From an uncultured Candidatus Binatia bacterium (GTDB lineage Bacteria; Desulfobacterota; Binatia; DP-6), in contig CAYOIZ010000032.1 of the NCBI GenBank assembly GCA_964404165.1, positions 5,573-69,572 on the forward strand: a DNA stretch of 64,000 nt, in the 5' to 3' direction. Under the pieces are notes generated by a model. The model saw only the letters and a list, made by a program, of their open reading frames with translations, had not been told where the DNA came from and did not search any database. Made by a program: the position numbers and the translations under genes. Numbering within the stretch: the stretch's first letter is position 1; each line of letters begins with the position of its first letter. This document shows positions 21,474 through 29,844 of this stretch, piece by piece.

Positions 21474-22015
21474 GGGGTCACCTCGAGGCGCGCGGCGAAG
21501 CCGTCGCGCGCGTGGAAGTCGGGCTTCGTCCCGACGTGTCGGAGCGCCCAGTACGAGTATTCGCCGCGGGTGGTCTCGAGGACGGCGTCGAGACCGACCG
21601 CGAGCTCGTCCCAGGCCAGCTCGGGGATTGCCGCCAGGTCGAACGTGACCGACAGCACGAAGGCGTCCCCCGCGATCGCCGTGCGGAACGACGTCGGGGC
21701 GGCGATGCGCAGCTCGGGCGTCATGCCGACCCGATAGCCGGCGAAGCGCCACAGGTTCCAGTGACCGGCGCTGGAGACATTCGCCTCCCAATACGTGGGG
21801 TCGCCGTCACGCGCCACGAACGCCTCGAAGCAGGTGTGCTCCCACAGGCGGTCGGTCCGCGCGGGCTCGACCGCCACCATGGGGAGCCGGACCGTGGCCA
21901 TCGGGTCCTGCAGCCGGTACTCCAGGGCCAGGATCGTGTCCGCCCGCGTCGCGCGCGCGGACAGCGTCACCCGGGGTGGTCCGGGAGCGAACGGGTGCAG
22001 GTCGTGCCACGCCAC
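21470..22015 (-). CDS. DOMON-like domain protein
   Basis: RTDRLWEHTCFEAF, YWEANVS..GHWN..F..YR and YWALRH...PDFH motifs. Confidence 0.82.
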   Translation of the reverse strand: MAWHDLHPFAPGPPRVTLSARATRADTILALEYRLQDPMATVRLPMVAVEPARTDRLWEHTCFEAFVARDGDPTYWEANVSSAGHWNLWRFAGYRVGMTPELRIAAPTSFRTAIAGDAFVLSVTFDLAAIPELAWDELAVGLDAVLETTRGEYSYWALRHVGTKPDFHARDGFAARLEVTP

Positions 22016-22100
22016 GACCGGACATTAGCCCATGGTCACGAATTTTTCTCTTGCGCGCGACGCGAGGCGTGGGTGATCCTCCCGCCCGGGGGGACTGGTC

Positions 22101-23540
22101 ATGTTGAAGCGTCGCGATTTCCTGCGAGGGGCGGCCGCACTCGGTGCGGCGTCGATGGTCGGTGGCACGGCCGGGTCCGCCGAGGCGGCACGCCTGCGCG
22201 GTGGCAGCATCCTCGACCTGTCGGCGTCGCAGGCACCCATCGACACGATCGTGGTCCTGATGATGGAGAACCGCTCCTTCGACCACTACCTGGGGTCGCT
22301 CGCCTCCGACGAGACCTATCTCGAGGCCGGCCGCAGCCGGTATGGCCGCCGCTTCGGCATCGACGGCAGCACCGACGAGGTCTACGCGCGCCCCGACGGC
22401 ACCCAGGTGGCGACGTACCCGCTCATCGACGCCGGCGATCCCAACCCGTGGCGTGGCTGCGGCTTCAACGATCCCGGCCACGGCTGGACGCAGGGACGCC
22501 GCGAGCGTGACGGCGGCTTCCTGGCGCAGGGCACCGGCAACGACGAGTTCGCGCTCGGCTTCTACCGTCCCGCCGACCTCCCGTTCTACGACGCCATCAG
22601 CCGGCGCTTCACCGTCTGCGACCGCTACCACGCCTCGCTCCTCGGGCCGACGTTCCCGAACCGCGAGTACATGCACTCGGCGCAGTCGGGCGGCATCAAG
22701 AACAACGCGTTCCCGAACACGGTGGGCTACCCCACCGGCTTCACCTGGCCGACGATCTGGGACCGGCTCGCCGCCGCCGGCGTCTCGGGTCGCTACTACT
22801 ACGTCGACCTGCCGGTGACCGCGCTGTTCGGCGCGCGCCTCAACTCCATCACCAGCCCGGCGGCGAACTACTTCGAGGATGCGGCCGCGGGTACGCTCCC
22901 GAACGTCGTCTTCCTCGACCCGGGCTTCCTCGGCGAGACCCGCACCGACGAGCACCCGCACGGCGACGTGCGCGACGGCCAGCGGCTGGCGCAGCAGTAC
23001 ATCAAGGCCTTCGTCGAATCGCCGCACTGGGAGCGGGGCGCCCTGTTCCTCACCTACGACGAGTGGGGCGGCTTCTACGATCACGTGCGGCCGCCGCGCT
23101 TCCACGACGACCGCCCCAGCAGCGACAACGACGACGACTTCCGGCAGGCGGGCTTCCGCGTCCCGACACGCATCCTGTCGCCGTACGCGCGCCAGAACTT
23201 CGTCGATCACCGCCCCTACGACCACACCTCGATCCTGCGCTTCATCGAATGGCGCTTCCTGGGCGCGCCGCCCGAGGGCCGCCGGGGCAGCGGCTGGTCG
23301 CTCACCGCGCGTGACCGGTTCGCGAAGAACGCCGGCTGGAGCCTGTTGCCGAGCGGCCCCGACCTGGAGTTCGACCCCGGTACGCCCGATCCCGCCACGT
23401 CGCCCATCTGCGGGGCCGAGCCGCTGGTCGCGGCCCGGGCCGCCGGACCGATTCCCGAGCACGATCTGGCGAAGGGCCTCGAGAACGGCTGGTTCGAGTC
23501 GATGGGTTACAAAATCGGGAACTGGCTGCCGTCGTCCTGA
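22101..23540 (+). CDS. Tat-exported phosphoesterase / phospholipase C family protein
   Basis: KRRDFL Tat motif, plus VVLMMENRSFDHY, GPTFPNR, DEHP, TYDEWGGFYDHV, GFRVP and DHTSILR motifs. Confidence 0.92.
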   Translation: MLKRRDFLRGAAALGAASMVGGTAGSAEAARLRGGSILDLSASQAPIDTIVVLMMENRSFDHYLGSLASDETYLEAGRSRYGRRFGIDGSTDEVYARPDGTQVATYPLIDAGDPNPWRGCGFNDPGHGWTQGRRERDGGFLAQGTGNDEFALGFYRPADLPFYDAISRRFTVCDRYHASLLGPTFPNREYMHSAQSGGIKNNAFPNTVGYPTGFTWPTIWDRLAAAGVSGRYYYVDLPVTALFGARLNSITSPAANYFEDAAAGTLPNVVFLDPGFLGETRTDEHPHGDVRDGQRLAQQYIKAFVESPHWERGALFLTYDEWGGFYDHVRPPRFHDDRPSSDNDDDFRQAGFRVPTRILSPYARQNFVDHRPYDHTSILRFIEWRFLGAPPEGRRGSGWSLTARDRFAKNAGWSLLPSGPDLEFDPGTPDPATSPICGAEPLVAARAAGPIPEHDLAKGLENGWFESMGYKIGNWLPSS

Positions 23541-23582
23541 CGGGGTGGCATCAGCGGCGCGACGCGCGCTAGAACGCACGCC

Positions 23583-24968
23583 GTGCCTGGCATCGTCCGC
23601 TACGGAACCTACGTCCCCTATTTCCGGCTGACCCGCGCCGCCATCGGCGCGGGCAAGGGCGAACGCGCGGTCGCGAGCTTCGACGAGGACGCCGTGTCGC
23701 TCGCCGTCGAAGCGGGACGCGACGCCGTGCGCGGTGGTGTCGGCGTCGACACGCTGCTGTTCGCCACCACGAGCCCGCCGTACGCCGAGAAGCTCAACGC
23801 CGCCACCGTCCAGGCGGCGCTCGACCTCCCCGAGGACGTCACCTCGGTCGAGCTCGCCGGCTCGACCCGCATGGGGCTCGCGGCGCTGCTGCTCGGCATC
23901 GACCTGGCGGCGGCGGGGCGCCGCGCGCTGGTGTGTGCGGGCGACGTCGTCGTCGGTGCGCCCGGCGGCAGTCGCGAGAGCCAGGGCGGCGACGCCGGCG
24001 TCGCGTTCGTCACGGGCAGCGACGCCGAGTCGGTGGCGCGGCTCGTCGGCCGGGCGTCGGCGACGCTCGAGATCCTCGACGTCTGGCGGCTGCCCGACGA
24101 TCGCTTCGCCCGCAGCTGGGAGGAGCGCTTCACCGCCGAGTCGATGGCGCCGGCGATCATCGACGTGGCGAAGCGCGCCCTGACGGCGGCGGGTGTCGAG
24201 GCCGCGCAGCTCGCCACCGTCGTCCTCGACGGCACCAACCCGCGCGCCATGGCCGGGTTGCCGAAGGCCCTCGGTCTCAAGCCCGAGCAGCTCGCCGACC
24301 CGCTCGCGGCGTCGGTCGGTCGCGCCGGGGTCGCCCATGCCGGCCTGCTGCTGGCGCGCGCGCTCGACAAGGCGTCGCCGGGCGATCGCATCCTGGTGCT
24401 GTCCGCTGCGGACGGTGCCGACGCGCTCGTCTTCGAGGTCACGCCCGCCATTCGCGACATGCCGCCGGTGCGGCCCGTCGACCGCTGGATTGCGTCCAAG
24501 CGCAACGACCTGCCGTACAACACCTACCTCAAGTGGCGCGGCATCCTGCCGTTCGAGCCGCCGCGCCGGCCCGATCCGGAGCGCCCGGCGGCGCCGCCGA
24601 TGCGCCGGCACGAGCGCTGGAAGCTGGCGTTCGTGGGCTCACGCTGCACCGTCTGTCAGGCCGGGCACCTGCCGCCGCAGCGCGTGTGCGTGAAGTGCGG
24701 CGCCACCGACACGATGCGCGACGAGCGCTTCGCGGACACGTCGTGCCAGGTGGCGACGTACACGCTCGACCATCTGGCGTACTCGCTGCAGCCGCCGGTG
24801 GTGGCGGCGTTCGTCGACTACGAGGGCGGCGGCCGCTTCTCGTGCGAGCTCACCGACGTCGACCCCACGCAGGTCGCGATCGGGAACCACCTCGAGATGA
24901 CCTTCCGGCGGTTGTTCACGGCGCAGGGCGTGCACAACTACTTCTGGAAGGCCCGTCCGGGACGCTAG
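23583..24968 (+). CDS. HMG-CoA synthase-like domain fused to DUF35 Zn-ribbon/OB-fold domain
   Basis: GIVRYGTYVP...DEDAVSLAVEA (HMGCS fold) and C-terminal GSRCTVC...RVCVKC plus OB fold. Confidence 0.85.
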   Translation: MPGIVRYGTYVPYFRLTRAAIGAGKGERAVASFDEDAVSLAVEAGRDAVRGGVGVDTLLFATTSPPYAEKLNAATVQAALDLPEDVTSVELAGSTRMGLAALLLGIDLAAAGRRALVCAGDVVVGAPGGSRESQGGDAGVAFVTGSDAESVARLVGRASATLEILDVWRLPDDRFARSWEERFTAESMAPAIIDVAKRALTAAGVEAAQLATVVLDGTNPRAMAGLPKALGLKPEQLADPLAASVGRAGVAHAGLLLARALDKASPGDRILVLSAADGADALVFEVTPAIRDMPPVRPVDRWIASKRNDLPYNTYLKWRGILPFEPPRRPDPERPAAPPMRRHERWKLAFVGSRCTVCQAGHLPPQRVCVKCGATDTMRDERFADTSCQVATYTLDHLAYSLQPPVVAAFVDYEGGGRFSCELTDVDPTQVAIGNHLEMTFRRLFTAQGVHNYFWKARPGR

Positions 24969-24984
24969 GAAGAGAGGACACGTC

Positions 24985-26160
24985 ATGGCCAGCAACGGCA
25001 TCAAGGATCGCGTCGCCATCGTCGGCATGGGCTGCACCCCCTTCGGCGAGCACTGGGACAAGGGACCCGAAGACCTACTGGTCGACGCTGCCGGCGACGC
25101 CTATCGCTCGGCCGGCATCGAGCCCGATGCGGTCGACGCCTACTGGCTCGGCACCATGGGCAGCGGCGTGTCGGGCCTCATGCTCTCGGAAGCGCTCAAG
25201 CTGCCGTACAAGCCGGTGACGCGTCTCGAGAACATGTGCGCCACCGGCAGCGAGGCCATCCGCAACGCCGCCTACGCCGTCGCCAGCGGGGCCTACGATC
25301 TCGTGATGGCGATCGGGGTCGAGAAGTTGAAGGACTCGGGCTACTCGGGCCTCGTCATCTCGAACCCGCCGAACGACGGCACGCTCTCGAACATGACGGC
25401 GCCCGCGACGTTCTCGCTGCTCGCTCCGGCCTACGCTCGCAAGTACGGCGTCGACGAGGCGGAGCTGAAGCAGGTGCTGGCCCGCATCGCGTGGAAGAAC
25501 CACCGCAACGGCGCCAAGAACCCGAAGGCACAGTTCCAGAAGGAAGTGCCGATGGAGACGATCACGAAGTCGCCCTCGGTGGCCGGCATGCTCGGCATCT
25601 TCGACTGCTCGGGCGTCAGCGACGGCGCGGCCGCGGCGATCCTCTGCCGGGCCGAGGAGGCGCACAAGTACACGCAGCATCCGATCTTCCTGAAGGCGCT
25701 CGCCTTCGCCGCCGGTCCGGCCGCGGGCTACTACAGCCAGGAGTACGACTTCACGTCGTTCCCCGAGGTCGTCGCCAGCTCCGCCGACGCCTACAAGCAG
25801 GCGGGCGTCACCGATCCGCGCGACGAGATCAGCATGGCCGAGGTGCACGACTGCTTCACCCCGACCGAGCTGGTGCTGATGGAAGACATGGGCTTCTCGC
25901 CGCGCGGCCAGGGGTGGAAGGACGTGCTCGACGGCCGCTTCGACGGCGACGGTCCGCAGCCGGTGAACCCGGACGGCGGCCTCAAAAGCTTCGGACACCC
26001 GATCGGCGCCAGCGGGCTGCGCATGATGTACGAGATGTGGCTCCAGCTCCGCGGCGAGGCCGGTCCGCGCCAGATCAAGGATCCGAAGCTCGGGCTGACG
26101 CACAACCTGGGCGGCGCGCCCGGCCGCTGCGTCAGCTTCGTCTCGATCGTCGGCAACTGA
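24985..26160 (+). CDS. Thiolase family protein (SCP2/PhlC-like acetyl-CoA acyltransferase)
   Basis: AIVGMGCTPFG, ENMCATG, AEVHDCFT, NPDGGLKSFGHPIGASG and HNLGG motifs. Confidence 0.93.
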   Translation: MASNGIKDRVAIVGMGCTPFGEHWDKGPEDLLVDAAGDAYRSAGIEPDAVDAYWLGTMGSGVSGLMLSEALKLPYKPVTRLENMCATGSEAIRNAAYAVASGAYDLVMAIGVEKLKDSGYSGLVISNPPNDGTLSNMTAPATFSLLAPAYARKYGVDEAELKQVLARIAWKNHRNGAKNPKAQFQKEVPMETITKSPSVAGMLGIFDCSGVSDGAAAAILCRAEEAHKYTQHPIFLKALAFAAGPAAGYYSQEYDFTSFPEVVASSADAYKQAGVTDPRDEISMAEVHDCFTPTELVLMEDMGFSPRGQGWKDVLDGRFDGDGPQPVNPDGGLKSFGHPIGASGLRMMYEMWLQLRGEAGPRQIKDPKLGLTHNLGGAPGRCVSFVSIVGN

Positions 26161-26173
26161 GCCCGTACGCGAC

Positions 26174-26205
26174 GACGGGAGCCGGCACGAATGCCGGCCC
26201 CCGTC
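26174..26205. terminator. Hairpin between convergent genes (probable bidirectional terminator)
   Basis: GACGGGAGCCGGCA-CGAA-TGCCGGCCCCCGTC, a 14-bp stem with one mismatch. Confidence 0.55.
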
Positions 26206-26235
26206 GCGCGAGAGCGTCCGGACTCGGAACTGCGT

Positions 26236-27045
26236 TCAGTCGATGAAGGCTCCGCTCGGCGATCCGCACGCGATCACCGGAATCTGACCGTCGATCACGC
26301 TCTCCACCAGCGCGGTCCAGCCGGCGCCGGTGTTCGGGCGCAGCGGCGTACCGTCGTAGCAGGGCGGGCGCGTCGTGGCGGTGCAGACCTTGTCGATGGC
26401 GGCAGCGCTCTTCCCTTCGGCGGTCGTGACGCACGACAGCGTCGCGGCGTCGCTCGGCGTCGGCGGAGTGCAGCTGCCCTCGGGAATCTTCCCCTTGAAG
26501 ATGGCCGCGTTGCACTTGTCGTAGCACTTGGACTTCGCACCGACGAACTTGACGAGCGCCTTCGACGTTCCGTCCTCGCACTTGGCCTGGTCCTTGGTCG
26601 GCGTGCCGCCGCCGTCCTCGATGCAGTAGATGCTCGGTCCCTGGAGGTCGATCAGCGCCTCGGTGGTGCCGACGAACGGCTCACCCGTGGAGCAGTTGCT
26701 GGCGGCGTAGCACTCCGGGCAGTCGGCGGTGCACGCCTTCACGATGGCCGCACGGGCCTTCGCCTCGGCGCCCTTCACGGGATCCATGACGCACGTGTTC
26801 GTCGCCGGGTCGGCGAACGGGGCGAAGCATCCCACGTACGGCCCGCTGGTCTTGCGTGCGCTCGAAAGACACTTGGACACGCACTTCGACTTGGCGCCGG
26901 TGAACTTCGCCAGCGCCTTTCCCGTGCCCGACTCGCACTTGAACTCGCTGGTGGTGACGCCCGCCTGGGCGTGCGCGGACGACGCGGCCAGGCACAGGCC
27001 TGCCGCGACGGCCACGCTGAACGACACTCTGCGAATGCTCGACAT
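26236..27045 (-). CDS. Secreted Cys-rich hypothetical protein with internal duplication
   Basis: Signal peptide ending AHA, and two copies of CExGTxKALxKFxGAKSKCxxKC. Confidence 0.8.
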   Translation of the reverse strand: MSSIRRVSFSVAVAAGLCLAASSAHAQAGVTTSEFKCESGTGKALAKFTGAKSKCVSKCLSSARKTSGPYVGCFAPFADPATNTCVMDPVKGAEAKARAAIVKACTADCPECYAASNCSTGEPFVGTTEALIDLQGPSIYCIEDGGGTPTKDQAKCEDGTSKALVKFVGAKSKCYDKCNAAIFKGKIPEGSCTPPTPSDAATLSCVTTAEGKSAAAIDKVCTATTRPPCYDGTPLRPNTGAGWTALVESVIDGQIPVIACGSPSGAFID

Positions 27046-27145
27046 GTCTCGTCTCCCCTCTCGGTCGTTGCGCCGGAACGCCTCGCAGCCATGTAAAGGA
27101 GAGAAAGCTTTCAGTCGTCAACACGTAAAATGACGCCGCAGCGTG

Positions 27146-27958
27146 TCAGGGGACGCAGTCGGACGTTGCACCGACGACGTTGTCCTTCCACACGTTGCCC
27201 TTGCAGACGGGGCCGGCGATGTCCGCGCCCGTGCCGCTGCCGGTGACGGTGTTGCCGATCGTCTTGTTGCGCTTGCCGACGATGGCGATGCCATAGCCAC
27301 TATTGTTGGACACGGTATTGGCGGTGACTTTGTTGGCCTTGCCCTCGACGTCGATGCCCTCGTCGGCGTTGTCGGACACCGTGTTGCCGGTGATCGCGTT
27401 CCCGTTGACCTCGATGATGTCGATGCCGTCCTCGCCGTTCGCGGTGACGACGTTGCCGGTGATGCTGTTCTTGTGGCCGCGGATGTCGAGGCCGTCGTTG
27501 CCGTTGCCGGTGACCGTGTTGTTGGAGATGCGGTTCCGGCTCGACCCCTCGGGGACGTAGATGCCGTCGTAGTTGCCCGGCGCGTCGCGGACCGTCAGGC
27601 CCTCCGCGACGTGCTTGCCCTTGCCGGCGAGCACGACGTTGTCGAGGCATCCGACGACGGTGCCGTTGCGGATGGTCGCCTTCTTGCCGATGAGCACGAT
27701 GCCGTTCGGCAGGCGCTCGTTGCCGTTCGTGTCGGCGCAGGAGACGGTGTGGCCCCCGAGATCGAGCGTGGCCGAGTCGACCGTCAGCGCCTGCTCGACG
27801 CCGTCGCACGGGCCGAGGTCGGCGGTCAGGACGACGGTCGAGCCCTTGGCGATGGTCTCCCCGCAAGCGACCTGGGCGGAGGCGTGGGTCGGAAGGGTGG
27901 CGGCCAGGAGGCCGAGGGTCAGGGCCAGGCGTCGTCGCGTGTGTGCAGCAGTGGTCAT
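27146..27958 (-). CDS. Secreted right-handed parallel beta-helix repeat protein
   Basis: Signal peptide and repeats of NxIxxNTVTxNxxDGIxI. Confidence 0.88.
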   Translation of the reverse strand: MTTAAHTRRRLALTLGLLAATLPTHASAQVACGETIAKGSTVVLTADLGPCDGVEQALTVDSATLDLGGHTVSCADTNGNERLPNGIVLIGKKATIRNGTVVGCLDNVVLAGKGKHVAEGLTVRDAPGNYDGIYVPEGSSRNRISNNTVTGNGNDGLDIRGHKNSITGNVVTANGEDGIDIIEVNGNAITGNTVSDNADEGIDVEGKANKVTANTVSNNSGYGIAIVGKRNKTIGNTVTGSGTGADIAGPVCKGNVWKDNVVGATSDCVP

Positions 27959-28042
27959 CGTCGTCTCCTCGTTCGGCCCCGGACGGGGCACGGTGATCTC
28001 GATGGGATGGCGTTCAATGGCGCGGAACGGTGTTCCGGGACG

Positions 28043-28414
28043 TCACTCCACGGGGACGGCGGCTACCGTGGAGCCGCCGGTCGTCTGGACCAGGGCGGCC
28101 GCCCGGACGCTCGATTTGGGCCCGTCCACCCGGATTTCGCAGACGTAGAAGCCGTCCTCGCCCCACCCGGGGGGCACCCAGCCGCGGCCGGGGCTCACCA
28201 CCTCGTCGCGGCAGATGCCGACGACGGCACCGCTGAAGGCGTTGCGTATGCAGATCTCGACGGGTCGGGGGCTGCTCCCGACGTTCGTGACGGAGCAGCG
28301 GAAGCCGTAGGGCGCCTGTGCGCCGAGCGGCGCCGACCACATCGTGACCGCACCGGCGACGGACGGCAGCGTGGCGGCAAGGGCTACGGACAGGGCAATG
28401 GCATGGCGGAACAT
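28043..28414 (-). CDS. Small secreted hypothetical protein
   Basis: ATG at 28414 follows SD CAGGAGG. The protein has a signal peptide and four Cys, including CSVTNV. Confidence 0.75.
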   Translation of the reverse strand: MFRHAIALSVALAATLPSVAGAVTMWSAPLGAQAPYGFRCSVTNVGSSPRPVEICIRNAFSGAVVGICRDEVVSPGRGWVPPGWGEDGFYVCEIRVDGPKSSVRAAALVQTTGGSTVAAVPVE

Positions 28415-28568
28415 GGAAACCTCCTGGGGTCGTGACATTCGACCCCAAGGCGTTCCACCGCCTGGAACGACGTTCCTTTGCTCACGTGCGTGCCCAGTAT
28501 GCCGCGCCGACTTCGCCGGCCGCGGCACCCCGGTCGCGCGGAAACGCCCGCTACACCCTCGCCCCGCC

Positions 28569-28593
28569 CCAAGACATGGTCTTGGGGCGCGTC
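28569..28593. terminator. Hairpin directly after the sulfotransferase stop
   Basis: CGCCCCAAGAC-ATG-GTCTTGGGGCG, an 11-bp stem (coordinates approximate). Confidence 0.4.
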
Positions 28594-29464
28594 ACCGCGC
28601 TACGCCGATGGCATCCATCAGGCGGCGGGTCTCCAGCGTGAGCTGGTCTTCGGAGAAGTGCTGCCGCCAGATGCTGGCCGTGGCCGGGTCGATGCGGTCG
28701 TGGGTGTGGAAGTTGGGGTCGCCCAGGTGGACGTTCATCACCTTCCGCGCGCCGCACGCCTCGAGCATCGCGGGCTCGAGCGTCAGGCCGATGCTCTGAC
28801 AGAGCCGGTTCACCTGCGGCTCCGGATCGGTGACCAGGTCCTCGAACCGGATGGTGCACTTGCGCTCGGCGGGCACCGACGCGAGGAACTCGCGGATGAT
28901 CGTCTGCTGCACCACCCACTTGATCTCGCGCTGGCGGGCGAGCGGGGACAGCCCGCCGGAGTAGCTCTCGAACGACTCCACCACGCCGTCGCGCGCCCAG
29001 CGCGCCCAGCCGCGCGGCGTCGCGCTGTGGTGCTCGCGGTGCTTCAGCCGGACGTGCGACTCGATGACCGCGAGCGGATGCCGCACGAGCCAGATGTACG
29101 TCGGGTCGAGCGCGACCGAGCGCCGCAGCGTGTCGCCGTCGTTGGCGTAGGCGGGCGTCTTGTCGAGCAGGATCTGCTCCGGTGCGAGCGCGGCGAACAT
29201 CCAGCGGTAGACCTCGTGGATGGTCATGCCGCGACAGGCGGCGTCGATCGCCGCCGTGTCCATCGGCTTGCCGAGGAGGTCGAACAGCTCGACCATGCTC
29301 TCGACCGCCACCGACTTCTGCGTGCGGAACGCCTCGTAGTCGGGGTAGCGCATCAGGAACATCTCCTGCGGCGCCACGATGCGGCTGTGCGCGCCCAGGA
29401 TGACACGGGTCAGGGTGGACCCGGACCGCTCCGAGCTCAGGATGAGGATCAGTCGGGAGGACAC
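28592..29464 (-). CDS. Stand-alone sulfotransferase resembling the CurM/Ols PKS-embedded ST domain
   Basis: ILSSERSGSTLTRV.L..HS, PxE, LLDKTPAYA, YIWLVRHP..VIES, IRFEDLV..P and GDPNF..H..ID motifs. Confidence 0.82.
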   Translation of the reverse strand: MSSRLILILSSERSGSTLTRVILGAHSRIVAPQEMFLMRYPDYEAFRTQKSVAVESMVELFDLLGKPMDTAAIDAACRGMTIHEVYRWMFAALAPEQILLDKTPAYANDGDTLRRSVALDPTYIWLVRHPLAVIESHVRLKHREHHSATPRGWARWARDGVVESFESYSGGLSPLARQREIKWVVQQTIIREFLASVPAERKCTIRFEDLVTDPEPQVNRLCQSIGLTLEPAMLEACGARKVMNVHLGDPNFHTHDRIDPATASIWRQHFSEDQLTLETRRLMDAIGVAR

Positions 29465-29557
29465 GCCCCATATAGTCCGATGTGTCGGCCCGACTGGCAA
29501 ACGCCGGGAGGGGTCCCGTTCTGGACGTCGCCCCGGCGATGGCCGATGATGCCGCCC

Positions 29558-29761
29558 ATGCGCGCCGTCGTATGCCTCGCCGCCCTCCTGCTGCTGACCG
29601 CCACCGGCTGCTCGAGCCAGTCCGAGCCGAAGGTGGTGCGTGAGATCGAGAAGGAGGTCCGCACGCCGCCCCCCTCGGCCCAGGTCGACCCGCCGGGCGG
29701 TACGATCATGGACGTCGAAGAGGACATGGAGCCCGAGTCGGACCCCGACGACAACATGTAG
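29558..29761 (+). CDS. Small putative lipoprotein with acidic tail
   Basis: MRAVVCLAALLLLTATGC lipobox and an Asp/Glu-rich C-terminus. Confidence 0.65.
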   Translation: MRAVVCLAALLLLTATGCSSQSEPKVVREIEKEVRTPPPSAQVDPPGGTIMDVEEDMEPESDPDDNM

Positions 29762-29844
29762 GCCCCGTCCTGGTTTGACACTCAGGCCCCCCTCCCCGAA
29801 CATTTCGATCACGTGCGCCGCCCCGGCGCGCGGACGGGGAGGGG

